From a virus, in the IMG/VR virus record IMGVR_UViG_3300020437_000004, positions 32,001-96,000 of that record: DNA of 64,000 nt; one strand, written 5' to 3'. The notes below the pieces were generated by a model. It made no database searches and was not told the origin of the DNA. It saw only the letters and a program-made list of their open reading frames with translations. Within the stretch, counting starts at the first letter, position 1. Each line of letters starts with the position of its first letter. Positions 26,590 to 35,774 of the stretch are shown one piece after another. The translations under genes were made by a program, and so were the position numbers.

Positions 26590-29500
26590 TACTGTACTCC
26601 GTTAACTCTGATTTTGAATCTGACTCGATCACGGTATTCTTTCTTATCTATAAACCAATACATAGACTCCTTGTTATGTGACTCTTGGTAGAATGCATCA
26701 TACACAGGACGTTTTGTATCTCTGTAACCTCGACCAGATGGCTCGTATCCAATCTTAATTTCTGACGGTATGTCTTTAGTTAGTGGATTGTAATTAGGAG
26801 CACTGGATCTATGTGCTGCGATGGTAGGACTAAATGGTGCAACATTATTATCGGTGGAGTAATCCATGATCCGATCAGTATACTTAGGTGGCCAGTAGAA
26901 TTCAAATTCCTGACCCTCTCCATATCCGTCACCCCAGTCCAAGACTTCGAGCAATTCTATTGTAGCATAGAAATTTGTAATTCGCTTAGGACCTGCCTTG
27001 TTGCTGTAACCTTCATTCTTTGCCCAGAAAGTTATACCAACACGAATCTTGGCAGTGTTAGCACCGATGCCATGATCCTCTACGTTATCATCATCCTCTG
27101 GAATCAACCAGTAGTCTTGGATAAAGTATCCCATCTCATAGTTTGTAAGGACTTCTGGATTCTGTTGCATACCATCGTAGAGGTTGTCAAGCATCCACTG
27201 TAAGTCACTAGTTGCTACGAAACTATTCATCTTGGTATCCCACCATGAGAAACCATCGTCAGAATACTTTGCAAGTCTTGCATAGTGTGTCTCTGATTGG
27301 ACGTGTCTCTTTACAGCAGTGGGTGCACCAGTGCCATCCAAGTAGATAGGACCTGTCTTGCCATCTTTGAATAGCATTCTGGTGACAAGTTGATTGTAAT
27401 GTTGTCCTTTATCTTTCTCTTTGAATCCATATGTATCAATGTATGCATTCCTATCACTGCCATCCCATCCACGGAAGGACATAGCAGCACGGTTATTAGA
27501 TCCTCCCTGATCTGCTGTCCAGTGTGTGTAGCGTGGGTAATCATCATGGTCATGGATCTGATTATTAGCATCCATGTTTACTGCTTGCTGATTCTCCCAA
27601 ACAGTATAGTATCTCTGCCAGTCTTCAATCTCTGAGTTTTTACCTCTGTCATCTAGGTTGTGCATGTAGCACATATCAAATCCTGTGATCTCACCACCCA
27701 CACCCTTAGAAGATTCTGCCTCTGGGTTGATAGTTGATGGGTATGGAATTGACCTAGCGTCACCTGGTTGTGTCTGTAGACGGAGGTTGAATGTTGATTC
27801 AAAGAGATAATTATCTTCATCAAGGATGCCTAACCTAGGTGTAATCTGTCCACTAGTAGGTCCTCGTTTGATCTCTGTGACTTTGAATTTAATTACGTCA
27901 CCCTCAACTACCTCAAAGAAATCATCATCATGTAACTTCTGTCCGATCTCTGGCCATGCTCCTGCTCTAAACTTCTGCTCCCAAAGAACGTTATTGTTTT
28001 TCCAAAGTTTTAATATGAATACCATGCAGTCACCTGCAAGACCTTGAGTAATACCTCCAAGACTACGCAAAGAGAATTTACCTTTGGTTACTATCTTACT
28101 CTTCTGTGTCCTGTTAACTTGGAATAGATACTCACCATTACATTTACCACATGAGATGTCTCCACTATCTCCTGTGACGTCAATGACCTCAGATCCACAA
28201 TCATTTCTCATCAACAAGACATCTTTAAATGATTTCTTAAACAGTCGTGGATCACAATCTGACTTAGAAAGTAGAGGTTTAGTTATAGATGGAGGTTTGT
28301 CCTCTCTCCACACATAACATTCAATACCCTCATAGGCTGTAGCACCACCTGCCCATACAACTTCGTGCCAGAATTTACAATCATCAAAGTCACTGTCACC
28401 ACTGATTAGATCCTCCCACCACTGCCAGTGATCACCTTTCCATACTGTGTAGTCTCTACTGTCACTAACAGATCCTTCTGGGTTGAGTGATTCATCAGAG
28501 AATAAAACATAATTAGATTCTGAGGATGATACACCATCAATCCTCCATCCATCTGACAACTGAGAGAAGTTTGTAAATGTATCACCTACGTTATAACTGT
28601 TGAGTTGAGCACCATTAGAGACAAGCAAGAATCCTAAGTTGCCACCCTTGTATTGTTGAAGGATGTTGATAGGTATCATATGCTGTGTCATACCAGCCTC
28701 ATTAGTTGCATCCACAACCAAAAGTTGTGCCCATCGTGGGACACCATCTGTCTCAATGTATGCCATCAAGGTATTTCTATACCCTGCCCTACCTTTTTCC
28801 ACATCTATATTCATTAAGATGGTGTTGTTTACATCATTTGGAATTAGGTAATAGTTTTTGTTAGAGTCCTTGGTAGGTGGCTCTTCTATTGTTTGCTTAC
28901 GAATAGAATAGAAATGATTATCCATTTCTATGTTGCCAGTGCTTGCTTTATCTACCCGTGAAATTCTAATCGTCCCGTTACAATCGTCTCCATGTCCATC
29001 AAGAAGACAGACAGATTCATTGTCATTGTATATCCTATCAGCAAAATTACTATTAGCAGAGTGTAGATTCTGGAAAGTAATAGGGTAAGTGCCTGCTGAC
29101 ATGTTGGTAAATCTTTCAGTCTGACTACCTCTCGTGCCTCGACGCTCAAATGTCTTGTTGTCAATAGTAAAACTATCACATGTCACACCTGCAATATTTG
29201 GAGAGTCTTTCCATGACCACTCGATAGTGAAGTCACAGTTACCAGAGACTGTAATACTTTGACCAGAGAATTTTACTTCTGCTGTAGAGAATAGTTTGTC
29301 ATAATACCTATGTAATTCTTGTGCCTTTTCTTTCTTACCTAGGTATGGATTCATGGCTGCAGCATCTTCATATGCCCATCCTAAAATTTCTACGAAACCA
29401 TACCCACCTGCGTTTAAGGTTGCTCTCTCACCATTGCCTGGTGTGTCAGGCTCACCTGGTTTAATTGTAAGTAGAGTATCTTTTCTAGAGTTGGAATAGT

Positions 29501-30977
29501 ATTTGTATACTGCAACTGATCTATCGTCTTTCTTATTCTTATGTAAGTAGAAGACAGGTTGATTAGATGTCAGTGTATATCCTGTTGGAGGTGTAGAGGA
29601 TGTGCCATAGTCATGATTAGTGCCTGCCTTGTTACCTTCCAACACCATGAATGTGACATCAAAACTAGCACTGTCACCAGTAAATGATGCTGTGGTTTCT
29701 GTGCCTACAGCAGGTAGGTCACCAGTGTATGTGCAATACCATCTACTATCAAACTCACCATTGTCATTATATACTTCAACGTTAACAGTGATGTTAGCAC
29801 TACCAAGAGTAGCACTGTATGTCCTGTTACCTGCAGACGTATAGATTTTATTACCGCCAGGATTATCGATCTTACTACCATTCCATGACCCATCATAGTT
29901 TGTGGTCACACCTAATAGATTATGCAGACCACTACCATAAGGTTTAAATGCTAGAGCAGCACCTTTCTGTGTCACATACTCATAGATACCAACTCTATCT
30001 GGATAGCAGTTAGCAATACAGAATGACTTGATGTTACCGTTATATCCTCTAGGGTAGAAGGTAACACAATCCTGTGAAGGTGGTTGCCATGCACCATCAA
30101 TGTATGGTTTAAACAAACACTCTAGTGCTTCCTCTACACACTTACCCCAGTCATCATTTTTCTGCTCAGGTGGACAATAGAATTGCTCTCTTGTATCAGT
30201 CCTCTCCCAGTATCCATCACCAATATCTTTAACTAAATTATCTCTTTGCAACTCCCATATTTTATCACAGTCTTTACCTCCTCCACCGATAGTTGGTGGA
30301 AGAATACCTGTGCCAGGTGTAGGTATCTTAATAGGAAATTCTACACACGTACTAGGATCTGTAGCATACTTCTCACACTCTGGACAGAATGGTAAGTATG
30401 GAAACATATCACAGATCATATCGATCGGTGGGTCTACCCTGAGATCAGGTATATCAAACGGAGGTAGATCAATATCAGGTTGTCTAATCCCACCATCATC
30501 AAGTCCTAGAGGAGGATAACATCTTCCAACCAACTGTCTGATAACTTCCCTAGGATCTATATCCTCATCAGATGGAGGAAGTGGAGGGGGTGTAGGTAGA
30601 TCAGGTGACGTGCCTCGCTCAGGACTGTTAGGTATAGGAATAGGACCGTAACATCTATTCGCAGGGTTGTCAGCAGGATCATCATAAGTTGGCACACCAC
30701 TACTAGGAGGTGGCGGTGGTGTGGCGAGTGTGATTCTGACGGGATTAGATGCATCCAACGGGTTAGGTTGGAGTGACTCCTGTCTAAACGGACCGTAGCA
30801 TCTTCCATCAGCACCAATGATGGGATCACTAGGCTGCAGAGTCCCAGCCGCTTGCCTTGGGTCACTAGGAATATACTGTGTAACATCCCTAGGGTTGGCA
30901 GCGTCGAGTGCGTTAGGTTGTAATTGAGGTATCTGTGGTGAATAACTTCCACCATAACACCTTGGGTCCGCTGTCAT
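26589..30977 (-). CDS. large multidomain probable virion structural protein (1462 aa)
   Basis: Pro-rich repetitive N-terminus, Cys-rich segments, beta-rich Gly/Thr/Asn domains. Confidence 0.7.
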   Translation of the reverse strand: MTADPRCYGGSYSPQIPQLQPNALDAANPRDVTQYIPSDPRQAAGTLQPSDPIIGADGRCYGPFRQESLQPNPLDASNPVRITLATPPPPPSSGVPTYDDPADNPANRCYGPIPIPNSPERGTSPDLPTPPPLPPSDEDIDPREVIRQLVGRCYPPLGLDDGGIRQPDIDLPPFDIPDLRVDPPIDMICDMFPYLPFCPECEKYATDPSTCVEFPIKIPTPGTGILPPTIGGGGKDCDKIWELQRDNLVKDIGDGYWERTDTREQFYCPPEQKNDDWGKCVEEALECLFKPYIDGAWQPPSQDCVTFYPRGYNGNIKSFCIANCYPDRVGIYEYVTQKGAALAFKPYGSGLHNLLGVTTNYDGSWNGSKIDNPGGNKIYTSAGNRTYSATLGSANITVNVEVYNDNGEFDSRWYCTYTGDLPAVGTETTASFTGDSASFDVTFMVLEGNKAGTNHDYGTSSTPPTGYTLTSNQPVFYLHKNKKDDRSVAVYKYYSNSRKDTLLTIKPGEPDTPGNGERATLNAGGYGFVEILGWAYEDAAAMNPYLGKKEKAQELHRYYDKLFSTAEVKFSGQSITVSGNCDFTIEWSWKDSPNIAGVTCDSFTIDNKTFERRGTRGSQTERFTNMSAGTYPITFQNLHSANSNFADRIYNDNESVCLLDGHGDDCNGTIRISRVDKASTGNIEMDNHFYSIRKQTIEEPPTKDSNKNYYLIPNDVNNTILMNIDVEKGRAGYRNTLMAYIETDGVPRWAQLLVVDATNEAGMTQHMIPINILQQYKGGNLGFLLVSNGAQLNSYNVGDTFTNFSQLSDGWRIDGVSSSESNYVLFSDESLNPEGSVSDSRDYTVWKGDHWQWWEDLISGDSDFDDCKFWHEVVWAGGATAYEGIECYVWREDKPPSITKPLLSKSDCDPRLFKKSFKDVLLMRNDCGSEVIDVTGDSGDISCGKCNGEYLFQVNRTQKSKIVTKGKFSLRSLGGITQGLAGDCMVFILKLWKNNNVLWEQKFRAGAWPEIGQKLHDDDFFEVVEGDVIKFKVTEIKRGPTSGQITPRLGILDEDNYLFESTFNLRLQTQPGDARSIPYPSTINPEAESSKGVGGEITGFDMCYMHNLDDRGKNSEIEDWQRYYTVWENQQAVNMDANNQIHDHDDYPRYTHWTADQGGSNNRAAMSFRGWDGSDRNAYIDTYGFKEKDKGQHYNQLVTRMLFKDGKTGPIYLDGTGAPTAVKRHVQSETHYARLAKYSDDGFSWWDTKMNSFVATSDLQWMLDNLYDGMQQNPEVLTNYEMGYFIQDYWLIPEDDDNVEDHGIGANTAKIRVGITFWAKNEGYSNKAGPKRITNFYATIELLEVLDWGDGYGEGQEFEFYWPPKYTDRIMDYSTDNNVAPFSPTIAAHRSSAPNYNPLTKDIPSEIKIGYEPSGRGYRDTKRPVYDAFYQESHNKESMYWFIDKKEYRDRVRFKIRVNGVQ

Positions 30978-30982
30978 TACAA

Positions 30983-31651
30983 CTAGTTATCTTCTTTGTT
31001 ATTTATTTCCTCTTCCATAGTCTTGTATGCCCACTCATCTGTGTGTCCAACTGACCACCATTTAGGTAGAGTTTCTACAGCATAGTTTTGTGTGCAGACT
31101 TTGAAGTCAGGTTGTAGTAGAGCATCATTGTTTACCAAACTGTTGTCAAAGAATTGACATCTATTGTTAGGTTGTGCAGCAAACTGTCCATTGTCCAGTG
31201 CAATAATATTAAATGTCTTATGCTCAGGATCATGCTCTGAAAAGTTTGTATCCAATACAGAGAAGTCAGGGTGTGCTGTATCAATAGTGAATTCATATTC
31301 ACCAGGATGCATCTTCCTATCTTTACCAAAGAAAGAGCAGCGACCAAGGATAGGTTTCTCAACCACTGTAATATTGTAGTCGAAACAATCCCACAACTCT
31401 AGGACATCTAGTGGTAGTTGATTATCTTTATCATAATCTTCCTTCCATACGAATGCACTGAGTGGTAACTTGTCAAACAGTGCACCGTAATCAGTCAGTA
31501 GGGTCTCAAAGTATAATGCTTTCGCTTGTATACTTCTTACTGAGATCCAAATACCAGGTGTGATCTCTCCATGACCCTTCTCTAGGTCATAAAGATACTC
31601 TTTCTTTACCCATACCTTTCTTGGAGGTAAGGGGTGGACTAGATAACTCAT
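30983..31651 (-). CDS. conserved cyanophage hypothetical
   Basis: VKKEYLYDL..GHGE, YGALFDKLP.SAF, LWDCFDY, GQFAAQPNNR motifs. Confidence 0.75.
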   Translation of the reverse strand: MSYLVHPLPPRKVWVKKEYLYDLEKGHGEITPGIWISVRSIQAKALYFETLLTDYGALFDKLPLSAFVWKEDYDKDNQLPLDVLELWDCFDYNITVVEKPILGRCSFFGKDRKMHPGEYEFTIDTAHPDFSVLDTNFSEHDPEHKTFNIIALDNGQFAAQPNNRCQFFDNSLVNNDALLQPDFKVCTQNYAVETLPKWWSVGHTDEWAYKTMEEEINNKEDN

Positions 31652-32358
31652 TCTTTAATGTAATTGTTTTCAATAAGCCACTGCTTAGTGAGTGGAGTGG
31701 GTGGATATACTTCCCACATAGGAGTGCCAGATGCACAGACTTCAAGTGCTTCCTGTGTCATGCCCTCTTCATGACCTGCCCAGAATGCCTCCTTCTCCCA
31801 TGGGATCGCTTTAGGATTCTGGTAGTATGCTTTTGCTGCCATGTCTGCCCACAGACCAGGCACATCCTCTTCGGGTTTGATAATAGCAAGTAGTGTATTA
31901 TCTAGCGTCCCTGCCATACAGTCTTGTGCAGCATGCCAACCCTCATGCCTGAGGACTGCCATCAAAATATGAGGACGACTAACCCATGCCTCATTCAGAT
32001 ACATATGGTTGCTCACCGTGTGGTATACACCTCTGTGAGCAGGAGGAAAGTATCTGGGGGATGCAACGTATACATTGATATCTAATTTATCAAATGCATT
32101 TACAATGGCATCAAATTCTGCAGACACTACATCCCAATTCTGATTGGGAAACATGTCTCTAATATCATCACTACTCTTTACTTGTGTAATATCTTCTTTG
32201 CATTCCTTTAATAGCATACACCCCATCGCATCATATGTAAACCATCCCTTCGTAATACTATCCTCTCCTGTCCAGTCACTTTTTACAGGTGCTGCTGAAG
32301 CACAAGTAGCGACACCTAGTGCGATCCCAACGGTCAATGCTGCAATTAATTTTTTCAT
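31648..32358 (-). CDS. secreted zincin-like metallopeptidase (putative)
   Basis: Signal peptide; RGVYH...MYLN...VLRHEGWHAAQDC (HExxH); downstream Glu in PWEKEA. Confidence 0.6.
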   Translation of the reverse strand: MKKLIAALTVGIALGVATCASAAPVKSDWTGEDSITKGWFTYDAMGCMLLKECKEDITQVKSSDDIRDMFPNQNWDVVSAEFDAIVNAFDKLDINVYVASPRYFPPAHRGVYHTVSNHMYLNEAWVSRPHILMAVLRHEGWHAAQDCMAGTLDNTLLAIIKPEEDVPGLWADMAAKAYYQNPKAIPWEKEAFWAGHEEGMTQEALEVCASGTPMWEVYPPTPLTKQWLIENNYIKE

Positions 32359-32394
32359 TTCTTACTCCGCCGTACCTACTAATTATAACATTAA

Positions 32395-32422
32395 AAAAGA
32401 GACCTGTGGAAGCAAGTCTCTT
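32395..32422 (-). terminator. Rho-independent terminator
   Basis: AAGAGAC...GTCTCTT stem followed by a T-run. Confidence 0.7.
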
Positions 32423-32447
32423 AAAAGATACGATAGATTTTATTGGT

Positions 32448-32603
32448 CTAGTAGTCTAACACCTCCTTACAGATTCGTTTGCACGCTGACCTTGTATCTG
32501 TACACTCAACCAAGCACTCGTAGTAATCATCCTCGCGATGATTTTGGTTAGGCTCAAAAGGATGCCATGCCTCTAGTTGATTGTAAGGTAGTACGTTTTT
32601 CAT
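32448..32603 (-). CDS. 51-aa twin CX3C peptide (MKNVLPYNQLEAWHPFEPNQNHREDDYYECLVECTDTRSACKRICKEVLDY)
   Basis: Hand-translated; bounded by an upstream late promoter (32674-32681) and a downstream terminator. Confidence 0.7.
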   Translation of the reverse strand: MKNVLPYNQLEAWHPFEPNQNHREDDYYECLVECTDTRSACKRICKEVLDY

Positions 32604-32673
32604 AAGCATTTCCGTTGTCGGACTCATAACAAAGATGAGTTTGATTCATCTTCCTACCCTCTAATTCTACTAT

Positions 32674-32681
32674 TATTTATA
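32674..32681 (-). promoter_or_regulatory. late promoter TATAAATA
   Basis: Exact consensus immediately after the psbA-operon terminator. Confidence 0.7.
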
Positions 32682-32705
32682 AAAAAAGGGGGCATTTCTG
32701 CCCCC
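32681..32705 (-). terminator. psbA operon terminator
   Basis: GGGGGCA-GAAA-TGCCCCC followed by a T-run. Confidence 0.85.
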
Positions 32706-32730
32706 GACGTAATAAAAAGAAATGCCTAGT

Positions 32731-32829
32731 TTAAGTTAGGACTGGTCCTAAAGTGATACCTACAGCAACAAAGAATAAGAATTCAAAGATGGGTAGATAA
32801 CCTGCATTCTTTAGTAGAAATTGAGTCAT
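32731..32829 (-). CDS. 32-aa single-TM peptide downstream of psbA (MTQFLLKNAGYLPIFEFLFFVAVGITLGPVLT)
   Basis: Hand-translated; GAGGAG RBS upstream; lies before the psbA terminator. Confidence 0.65.
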   Translation of the reverse strand: MTQFLLKNAGYLPIFEFLFFVAVGITLGPVLT

Positions 32830-32855
32830 TTGACCTTGTGCTCCTCAGGTGTAAC

Positions 32856-33947
32856 TTAACCGATTGCAGGTGCAGTCAGTGCAACAGGCACGGACTCAGC
32901 AGCAGCGAGGTCAAGTGGGAAGTTGTGAGCATTACGCTCGTGCATTACTTCCATACCAAGGTTTGCTCTGTTAAGAATGTCACCCCAAGTAGGAATAACT
33001 TTACCACCTGCATCAACAACTGACTGGTTAAAGTTGAAACCATTCAAGTTGAATGCCATAGTAGAGATACCCATAGCAGTAATCCAGATACAAACAACTG
33101 GGAATGCTGCAAGGAAGAAGTGAAGACTTCTAGAGTTATTGAAAGAAGCATACTGGAAGATAAGACGACCAAAGTAACCATGAGCAGCTACGATGTTGTA
33201 TGTTTCTTCTTCTTGTCCAAATTTGTAACCGTAGTTTTGAGACTCTTGCTCAGTAGTTTCTCTAATAAGAGAAGAAGTAACAAGAGATCCGTGCATTGCA
33301 CTAAACAAAGATCCACCAAACACACCTGCAACACCAATCATATGGAATGGGTGCATAAGAATGTTGTGCTCTGCTTGGAATACAAACATGAAGTTGAATG
33401 TACCTGCGATGCCAAGAGGCATACCATCAGAGAAAGATCCTTGACCGAAAGGATATACTAGGAAAACTGACGCTGCTGCTGCAACTGGTGCAGAGTAAGC
33501 AACACAGATCCAAGGTCGCATACCTAGTCTGTAACTAAGTTCCCATTGGCGTCCCATGTAAGCTGAGATACCGATAAGGAAGTGGAAGATAACGAGTTGA
33601 TAAGGTCCTCCGTTGTAGAGCCATTCGTCAACTGTTCCTGCTTCCCAGATTGGGTAGAAGTGTAGTCCGATTGCGTTGCTGCTTGGGACGACTGCTCCTG
33701 AGATGATGTTGTTTCCATAGAGTAGAGATCCTGCTACAGGTTCGCGAATACCGTCGATATCGACGGGAGGGGCTGCAATAAATGCAACGATGAAACATGC
33801 TGCTGCAGTGAGCAAGCATGGGATCATGAGCACACCAAACCAACCAACATAAAGTCTGTTGTTAGTAGATGTAACCCACTGACAGAACTCATCCCATCCA
33901 GAGAGGAGTCCACCACGTTGGCGAATGCCAGAGTTGATAGTAGTCAT
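32856..33947 (-). CDS. psbA: photosystem II D1 protein
   Basis: Full D1 with [21 protein letters not shown]; start placed at MTTINSG; no intron. Confidence 0.99.
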   Translation of the reverse strand: MTTINSGIRQRGGLLSGWDEFCQWVTSTNNRLYVGWFGVLMIPCLLTAAACFIVAFIAAPPVDIDGIREPVAGSLLYGNNIISGAVVPSSNAIGLHFYPIWEAGTVDEWLYNGGPYQLVIFHFLIGISAYMGRQWELSYRLGMRPWICVAYSAPVAAAASVFLVYPFGQGSFSDGMPLGIAGTFNFMFVFQAEHNILMHPFHMIGVAGVFGGSLFSAMHGSLVTSSLIRETTEQESQNYGYKFGQEEETYNIVAAHGYFGRLIFQYASFNNSRSLHFFLAAFPVVCIWITAMGISTMAFNLNGFNFNQSVVDAGGKVIPTWGDILNRANLGMEVMHERNAHNFPLDLAAAESVPVALTAPAIG

Positions 33948-33949
33948 TA

Positions 33950-34090
33950 ATTGAGAGTTTAAGTAATAGTGCAGGGAACACTGAGTATAATATTCCTGTC
34001 TCACCCTCAGAGGCAGGTATTAGAGACTTGCTTTACATCCCCATAGGTCTCGGTTAATGGGATGTTATGTAACGAAACCGTTACATGGTG
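33950..34090 (-). ncRNA. PhotoRC-II-like structured psbA leader
   Basis: AACCGAGACCTATGGGGATGT...GTCTCTAATACCTGCCTCTGAGGGTGAGACAGG...CAGTGTTCCCTGCACT resembles the cyanophage psbA leader motif; boundaries approximate. Confidence 0.65.
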
Positions 34091-34110
34091 TTGGGATCAA
34101 CACGCTTCTT

Positions 34111-34140
34111 AGTATATAGGCTTTTTGGTTATTCTGTCAA
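34111..34140 (-). promoter_or_regulatory. sigma70-type psbA promoter
   Basis: TTGACA-18 nt-TATACT. Confidence 0.7.
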
Positions 34141-34404
34141 GGGGTCAGGCAAACCTAAAAATTCTTGCCCATACTTGTGATAGCAGTTGATTATCTCCTT
34201 GTGGATTTTCTCTTCATGAAAACCCTCTCCTTTTTTCATCTTCTCCAAGTGCTCTTGGAATAACCCTTGACTGATGTAGAGTGCACAAAATTCATAGACG
34301 TCGCGACTCAAGGGAATCTTAGCATAGATAAATGCGTTCAAACAAAACTGGCGAGCATGCATGTTTCCATCATTGTATCGCCAGTCGGAGGAGATGTCAG
34401 TCAT
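34129..34404 (-). CDS. conserved hypothetical (MTDISSDWRY...)
   Basis: ORF track; start at the internal Met. Confidence 0.65.
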   Translation of the reverse strand: MTDISSDWRYNDGNMHARQFCLNAFIYAKIPLSRDVYEFCALYISQGLFQEHLEKMKKGEGFHEEKIHKEIINCYHKYGQEFLGLPDPLTE

Positions 34405-34591
34405 CTTCTGCAATCCTTACTACTTGGTTAATGTCTCTACTCATCTTAGCACACATGAGTTGACTTAGGTAGTAGAGAAAGTTTGCTTTTGCTTTTGATA
34501 GGTTACGGTAGTGGACAAGTGACATCCACTCCTGACCATTCCATACTTCCAGTTTAAATTTCTTCACCAGTCCTGATCCAGTTGACGACAT
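34397..34591 (-). CDS. hypothetical
   Basis: ORF fills the gap between prx and the next gene; start uncertain. Confidence 0.45.
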   Translation of the reverse strand: MSSTGSGLVKKFKLEVWNGQEWMSLVHYRNLSKAKANFLYYLSQLMCAKMSRDINQVVRIAEDD

Positions 34592-35075
34592 TCTCTGGAT
34601 AGGATACCTCATAGGGATCCTCATCCGTGTCATCTACTTTACCAGGTTCTTCAAAAAGTTTAGTAATCACACCGTCTTCAATGACACATGCGTATCTCCA
34701 TGAGCGGAGACCAAAACCCTTATCATTTTTGGTGACAAGTTGATTCATAAGTCCTGTCCACATAGCATTGCCATCAGGGATCAACTTGACCTTTTCAATA
34801 CCTAACTCTCTCTGCCATGCATTCATTACGAATCCATCGTTAACAGAAATACACCAAACCTCATCTACACCTTCCTCTTTGAAGTTGTTATAACATGCTT
34901 CGTAGGAAGGGAGTTGAAATTGGGTGCAGGTGGGAGTGAAAGCACCAGGCAGAGCAAACACTACATGCTTGCCCTTACCTAGTAGATCCACCGAGTTTAT
35001 TTTGTCAAAACCAAATGCTTTGTCGTTACAATCTTTTTGACGGACGAAGACAAATTCGACACTCGGGATATTCAT
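34554..35075 (-). CDS. peroxiredoxin, Prx5/type II family
   Basis: VVFALPGAFTPTC peroxidatic motif, CISVNDGFVMNAW, LIPDGN, GLRSWRYA. Confidence 0.9.
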   Translation of the reverse strand: MNIPSVEFVFVRQKDCNDKAFGFDKINSVDLLGKGKHVVFALPGAFTPTCTQFQLPSYEACYNNFKEEGVDEVWCISVNDGFVMNAWQRELGIEKVKLIPDGNAMWTGLMNQLVTKNDKGFGLRSWRYACVIEDGVITKLFEEPGKVDDTDEDPYEVSYPENVVNWIRTGEEI

Positions 35076-35104
35076 AATTATTAGTTACGCTATTTTATAT
35101 AGTA

Positions 35105-35209
35105 TCATGCAAACACAGGAATTCCAACAGTTGCTGTTAGACCTGTGGCAAACATGAATGTAATAAATGGGATGTATTTAACTGACATTGGTCTTTTGTA
35201 AACTTCCAT
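35105..35209 (-). CDS. 34-aa hydrophobic peptide (MEVYKRPMSVKYIPFITFMFATGLTATVGIPVFA)
   Basis: Hand-translated, GAGG RBS upstream. Confidence 0.55.
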   Translation of the reverse strand: MEVYKRPMSVKYIPFITFMFATGLTATVGIPVFA

Positions 35210-35244
35210 TACCTCATGATATGAATTAGACATGAGATCGGACA

Positions 35245-35379
35245 TTAGAAAATACCGAAAAACATATGTCCAGTTAGAATGTCACTTGTTGCTGCTGCAA
35301 CTAGACCAAGCATTGCTAGTCTACCATTCCAAGTTTCTGCCACTCTCTTCTGTGGCTCGATTGATTTAGTATTTGTCAT
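35245..35379 (-). CDS. hli: high-light-inducible protein
   Basis: AETWNGRLAMLG motif; start at MTNTK. Confidence 0.9.
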   Translation of the reverse strand: MTNTKSIEPQKRVAETWNGRLAMLGLVAAATSDILTGHMFFGIF

Positions 35380-35486
35380 TAAAAGATACCAGGAATGATT
35401 TGTCCTGTGAATGTGTAAGCACCAACTGCTGCTACGAAACCAAGCATTGCTGCCCATCCATTAAATCTTTCTGCTTCTGGGGTCAT
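35379..35486 (-). CDS. hli: high-light-inducible protein (35 aa, MTPEAERFNGWAAMLGFVAAVGAYTFTGQIIPGIF)
   Basis: Hand-translated; AERFNGWAAMLG and TGQIIPGIF motifs. Confidence 0.92.
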   Translation of the reverse strand: MTPEAERFNGWAAMLGFVAAVGAYTFTGQIIPGIF

Positions 35487-35514
35487 GAGTTTGCTCCTAT
35501 AAGGTTAGTTGTTG

Positions 35515-35715
35515 TTAGATTCCGAAGGCACCAAAAAAGAAGATGCTTCCAGAGAATGCGTATGAAATTACTCCTGATACAATCCCTAGCATTGCTAGAC
35601 GACCGTTAAGTAATTCCGCTCTTTCGTTGTGAGTCACGGATACGTCCATTACTTGCATAGGTGGTTCCTTTGCAAACATGTTTTGCCTTCCGCCTGATTC
35701 AGTAGTAATTGTCAT
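35515..35715 (-). CDS. hli: high-light-inducible protein (long type)
   Basis: AELLNGRLAMLG; GGRQNMFAKEP N-terminus. Confidence 0.92.
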   Translation of the reverse strand: MTITTESGGRQNMFAKEPPMQVMDVSVTHNERAELLNGRLAMLGIVSGVISYAFSGSIFFFGAFGI

Positions 35716-35744
35716 GAATAACGTTTGTTAAGTTATGTTACATA

Positions 35745-35774
35745 ATTATATAGGAAAGATTAAATTTCTGTCAA
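35745..35774 (-). promoter_or_regulatory. sigma70-type hli promoter
   Basis: TTGACA-18 nt-TATAAT. Confidence 0.75.

Noticed and set aside
33948-34004. psbA upstream extension in the ORF track
   Set aside because: It lies within the structured leader; D1 homology starts at MTTINSG (33947).
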